Positions 60,533-64,000 of a stretch of 64,000 bases of DNA are shown in pieces (the stretch's first letter is position 1; each line of letters begins with the position of its first letter). This DNA is from Longimicrobiales bacterium (lineage in GTDB: Bacteria; Gemmatimonadota; Gemmatimonadetes; Longimicrobiales; RSA9): positions 8,298 through 72,297 of the forward strand of contig DASTYK010000009.1 in NCBI GenBank assembly GCA_035764935.1, in the 5' to 3' direction. Below the pieces are notes generated by a model, which saw nothing but the letters and a program-made list of their open reading frames with translations, searched no databases and was not told where the DNA came from. The translations under genes and the position numbers were made by a program.

Positions 60533-62797
60533 TCACCCGATCAACTGCCGAATGGTGGCGAGCAGACCTTCCTGGTCGAAGCTCGATTTGAGGATGTAGG
60601 CGTCTGCACCGACCTCCAGCCCCAGGGCGCGATCCTCTGCGGTCTCCATGCCGGTCACCAGCACGACCGGCACCTCGGCGAACCGCTTCGACGATCGCAT
60701 GCGCCTGCACAGGTCGAAACCCGTCATGCGCGGCATCTCCACGTCGCTCACGACCAGCTCGACCGGTTCCTGCTGCAGCTTCTCCCAGGCGTCCTGCCCG
60801 TCGACCGCCGCGGTTACATGGTACCCCGCGGCCTCGAGCACGCTCTGCTCCAGTGTGCGCGTGGTGATCGAGTCGTCCACGACCAGCACGTGCGCGCCAC
60901 GCGCCTCCGCCTCCTCGGGTCGGACGACGTGCGGCAGCGCCAGCTCCCGGTTGAGCCCCGCCTCGATCAGGCTGCGCGGCACCAGCACCAGGGCCACGCG
61001 TCCGTTGGGCAGCAGCGCCCCGCCGGACACGTGCGGCACGTGGGCCCGCCGCTCCAGCGGCCGCATCACCACCTCGCGCTCGTCGCTCACCGCATCGACG
61101 ACGAGCGCCAGCTCGTCCCGACCGGAGCGGAGCAGCAGCGCCGGCGCGCCCGTCAGCTCGGTTCGCTCGCGCAGCGGCGGTCCCAGCACGCCGGCGAGTG
61201 TGGCGATCGGGACAGGCGCGGCGCCGAGCGCCAGGGCAGGACGTCCGTCCACCTCGTGCACCTGGGCGGGGTGGACGCGTACGACCCGGTCGACCTGGCC
61301 GATCGGCAGCGCAAAGAGCTGGTCGCTGGCCGCGACCAGGACGGCGCGGAGCGTGGCGGGGCTGGGAGGAGAGTCGAGCAGGAAGCGGGTGAACTGCCCC
61401 GCGCGCCACGCGACATCGACGGATCCGCCGATGCGTTCCATGGCGGCGCGGACCAGGTCGAGGCCGACGCCGCGGCCGCTGATGCTCGTCGCCTCGGTGC
61501 GCGTCGTGACCCCACCGGCGAGCAGGCGACGCGCCAGCGCGCGCGCCTCGCGCGGCGGCTCCTCGCCCTGCGCGCGCAGCCTGCGCGCGATCGCCGCGGT
61601 GTCCAGCCCCTCACCATCATCCTCCACGCTGATGCGCAGCCGGCCCTGCTCCAGTGAGGCCGAGACGCGGACCGTGCCCTGCTCCGGCTTGCCGCGTGCG
61701 CGGCGCTGCTCCGGGCTCTCGATCCCGTGATCCACCGCGTTGCGCACGAGATGGAGCAGCGGCTCGCGCAACGTGTCGATCACTACGCGATCCGCCTCCA
61801 CGTCTTCGCCCTCGATCACCAGCTGCGCGTGCTTGCCCGTCGCCGTGGCGACGTCGCGCAGCGCGCGCGGCAGCGCTTCCACGGCGTCGGCGAAACGACG
61901 CATGCGCAGCCCGCGCACGCCCGTCAGGATGTCGTCCGTCGCACGTGAAAGCACGCGCGTGTTGTCGTGCGCGGCACGCGTGATCTGCGACAGTTGCTCC
62001 ACGAGCTGATGGAGGTGGCGATCCAGCTCTGCGTGCTCCTCGCGCCGGCGCATGTCCGCCTGCTCGCGCGCCATCTGGCGCCATTCACCCGCCCAGCGCG
62101 CCAGCTCCTGCTGCAGCAGGTCCAGGTCGCGGGGCTGGTTGGCCACCGTTCCGCTCATCGTCAGCAGGTCGCTCGTGTATGCAACGAGCTGGTCGAGCTT
62201 GTCCGCCGAGACGCGCACCGTGTCCACCGACTGCACGTCTGCGCGCTCCACGGGCGCACGTTCCGCGGCCCGGATGTTCTCGGGCTGCGCATCCTCTGCA
62301 GCGTTCTGCGTGGTGTCATGGGTGGCAGCGGCCGCGTCCGTGACCGGCGCAGCGACGGACTCGGCGCGTGTATCGCCTCCCGGAGCGTCCGGCCCGTCGG
62401 GCAGTGCGCTGGAAACGTCGCGCAGCCGGTCGATCAGCACAGGCAGCGTCGATGCCTCCAGTTGCTCGTTCGCGCGCAGCCGGCGAGCCGCCTCCTTCAA
62501 CGCATCCGTCGCGGCGAACAGCAGTGAGAAGTCACCGCCGGAAAGGACGCGCGCGCCGTCGCGCACCTGTGCGAACAGTGCCTCGAGCGCGTGACAGGCC
62601 TCCTCCACGACCGGAACGCCGGCCACCCGTGCCGCTCCCTTCACCGAATGCGCGGCGCGAAACAGCGTACGGATCGCCTCCGCGTCGTCCGGCCGCGACT
62701 CCAGCGTGAGCAGCCCCGCGTCCATCATGCGGAGCTGGTCCTCCAGCTCCTGCACGAACGTGGCGCGCAGGCGGGCGTTCAGGTCTTCCGTTGACAT
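60533..62797 (-). CDS. cheA: CheA-type histidine kinase fused to a C-terminal receiver (Hpt - dimerization - HATPase - CheW-like - REC)
   Basis: Hpt: FRAAHSVKGAARVAG. HATPase: NAVDHGIE, DDGEGLD, GRGVGLD. CheW-like domain. REC: VLVVDDSITTR...VVSDVEMPRMTG...ILKS. Confidence 0.92.
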   Translation of the reverse strand: MSTEDLNARLRATFVQELEDQLRMMDAGLLTLESRPDDAEAIRTLFRAAHSVKGAARVAGVPVVEEACHALEALFAQVRDGARVLSGGDFSLLFAATDALKEAARRLRANEQLEASTLPVLIDRLRDVSSALPDGPDAPGGDTRAESVAAPVTDAAAATHDTTQNAAEDAQPENIRAAERAPVERADVQSVDTVRVSADKLDQLVAYTSDLLTMSGTVANQPRDLDLLQQELARWAGEWRQMAREQADMRRREEHAELDRHLHQLVEQLSQITRAAHDNTRVLSRATDDILTGVRGLRMRRFADAVEALPRALRDVATATGKHAQLVIEGEDVEADRVVIDTLREPLLHLVRNAVDHGIESPEQRRARGKPEQGTVRVSASLEQGRLRISVEDDGEGLDTAAIARRLRAQGEEPPREARALARRLLAGGVTTRTEATSISGRGVGLDLVRAAMERIGGSVDVAWRAGQFTRFLLDSPPSPATLRAVLVAASDQLFALPIGQVDRVVRVHPAQVHEVDGRPALALGAAPVPIATLAGVLGPPLRERTELTGAPALLLRSGRDELALVVDAVSDEREVVMRPLERRAHVPHVSGGALLPNGRVALVLVPRSLIEAGLNRELALPHVVRPEEAEARGAHVLVVDDSITTRTLEQSVLEAAGYHVTAAVDGQDAWEKLQQEPVELVVSDVEMPRMTGFDLCRRMRSSKRFAEVPVVLVTGMETAEDRALGLEVGADAYILKSSFDQEGLLATIRQLIG

Positions 62798-62800
62798 CCG

Positions 62801-64000
62801 TCAGGCCGCGCTCGGCCGTCGCGCTTCACTGCCGACGAGTCCCGTGAGCTGCGTGCCGAGCCGGTTCAGCTCGCGCGCCGCCGCTTCGGCCTGCCTGGTC
62901 GCGGCGAGGTTCTGCTGCGCGGCCTGCTGGATGGAGCCGACCGCCTGCTTGATCTGCGCCATGCCGGTCGACTGCTGGCTCGCGGACGCCGAGATCTGGG
63001 CCGCCGCCTGCGACGCCGCCTGCACCGCCTCCGCCAGCTTGCGGATCGTCTCGCCCGCCTCGCGCACCTGCTTCGCGCCCTGCTCCACCTGCTTGTTGCC
63101 CTGCTCGGTCGCCATGACCGCAGCGCTCGTCGCGCGCTGGATCTCACCCAGGATCTGGCGCACGCGCACCGTCGAGGTCTTGGACTGTTCCGCCAGCGCC
63201 CGCACCTCACCCGCAACGACGCTGAAGCCGCGACCCTGCTCGCCCGCGCGCGCCGCCTCGATCGCCGCGTTCAGTGCCAGCAGGTTGGTCTGCTCCGCCA
63301 GATCGTTGACCGTGGTGATGATCTCCCCGATCGCCTGGGCCTGCTCCGCGAGCTCCAGGATGCTCGCACCGATCGTGTCGACCTGCGTGCTCACCTGGTC
63401 CATCGCGCTGCTGCTCAGCTCGACCGCCTCCCGGCCCTGGCGCCCGATCTCGGCGGCACGCTGCGCCGACGCCGCCACCGCCCGCGCACGCTCCGCCGCC
63501 TGCTCCGCCGTCTGGACCACCTGGTCCACCGTGGCCGCCGTCTGTGTCACGGCCGCCATCGACTCGGTCGCCCCCGATGCCTGCTCGGTCGTCGTCGCCA
63601 GGATCTCCGCGGCGCTCGTCGCCAGCACGTTGCTCGTCTCCTGCAGCGGCTTGCTGACCGCGCGGTTCAGCAGCCACGCGGAAATGATCATCGCCAGCAG
63701 TGCGATGGCGAACGCAATCACGATCGCGGTCTGCGAGTTGCGCCCCGTCGCATCCGCGGTCTCCGTGATGTCGTCGACGCGCGCGCGGAGCGTCCGCACC
63801 AGCTCGTCTACGCGGCTCTCCACCTCCACGCGCGTCTGCGCCGCCGTGCGCCGCACCTGCAGCGACTCCTGCAGATCGGTCGCGAGCATGGCTTCCATCG
63901 AGGCATCCGTCTGCTGCACCCACTCCTCGAAGAGCTGCTGCGCTTCCCGCCACCCCTCCGCCTGCGCCGGATCCTCCGCCACCAGCGACACGAAGCTCGA
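62801..64000 (-). CDS. methyl-accepting chemotaxis protein (5' end outside the window)
   Basis: Signalling hairpin [40 protein letters not shown] helix [21 protein letters not shown] followed by HAMP. The frame is open to the window edge. Confidence 0.88.
   Translation of the reverse strand, partial: SSFVSLVAEDPAQAEGWREAQQLFEEWVQQTDASMEAMLATDLQESLQVRRTAAQTRVEVESRVDELVRTLRARVDDITETADATGRNSQTAIVIAFAIALLAMIISAWLLNRAVSKPLQETSNVLATSAAEILATTTEQASGATESMAAVTQTAATVDQVVQTAEQAAERARAVAASAQRAAEIGRQGREAVELSSSAMDQVSTQVDTIGASILELAEQAQAIGEIITTVNDLAEQTNLLALNAAIEAARAGEQGRGFSVVAGEVRALAEQSKTSTVRVRQILGEIQRATSAAVMATEQGNKQVEQGAKQVREAGETIRKLAEAVQAASQAAAQISASASQQSTGMAQIKQAVGSIQQAAQQNLAATRQAEAAARELNRLGTQLTGLVGSEARRPSAA

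Overview
High-GC chromosomal segment (about 68-70% G+C by eye, not computed). Gene content fits a Gemmatimonadota/Acidobacteriota-like soil bacterium (inference): a SusC/SusD-like pair, two ADOP-type orphan FtsX/MacB-like permeases, a sortilin/BNR protein and many secreted hydrolases. I call 46 protein-coding genes, the last truncated by the window edge. Most track ORFs are antisense or out-of-frame shadows typical of high-GC DNA and were discarded. Start codons were refined by hand from RBS position, signal peptides and neighbour stops, so they are inferences. I saw no rRNA, tRNA, CRISPR array, transposase, integrase or phage gene, so this looks like core chromosome rather than an island. Main blocks: (i) SusC/SusD pair, 2.2-6.8 kb. 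(ii) An 11-gene minus-strand train with serial start/stop overlaps, 7-18 kb: lipoprotein, membrane protein, dCMP deaminase, polytopic membrane protein, OsmC, GNAT, esterase, two Kef-type antiporters and an M1 peptidase. (iii) Two ADOP permeases flanking a Cys-less ArsC-fold gene and a Cys-rich mini-protein, 18.4-24.2 kb. (iv) SolA-like oxidase and an ABC exporter. (v) PAS histidine kinase, CoA-transferase and bacilliredoxin operon. (vi) A strongly signalled unknown 139-aa gene, then a Vgb-like propeller translationally coupled to a CxxCH protein. (vii) Housekeeping genes: trans-sulfuration enzyme, Lhr, metK, ung, alpha-glucan phosphorylase, rhodanese. (viii) A chemosensory cluster at the right edge: MCP, CheA-REC, CheB, REC-histidine kinase, BON protein. 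The most unusual features are non-coding. There is an array of three 61-bp hairpin units (28134-28316). There is a phased 47-bp/13-nt iteron-like array in a divergent promoter region (24387-24560). Two related long palindromic MITE-like elements completely fill two convergent intergenic gaps (34861-35272 and 50414-50726). The metK leader is long and carries an intrinsic-terminator-like hairpin. I found no clear-cut novel multi-gene system such as a defence island. The candidates below are ranked accordingly.
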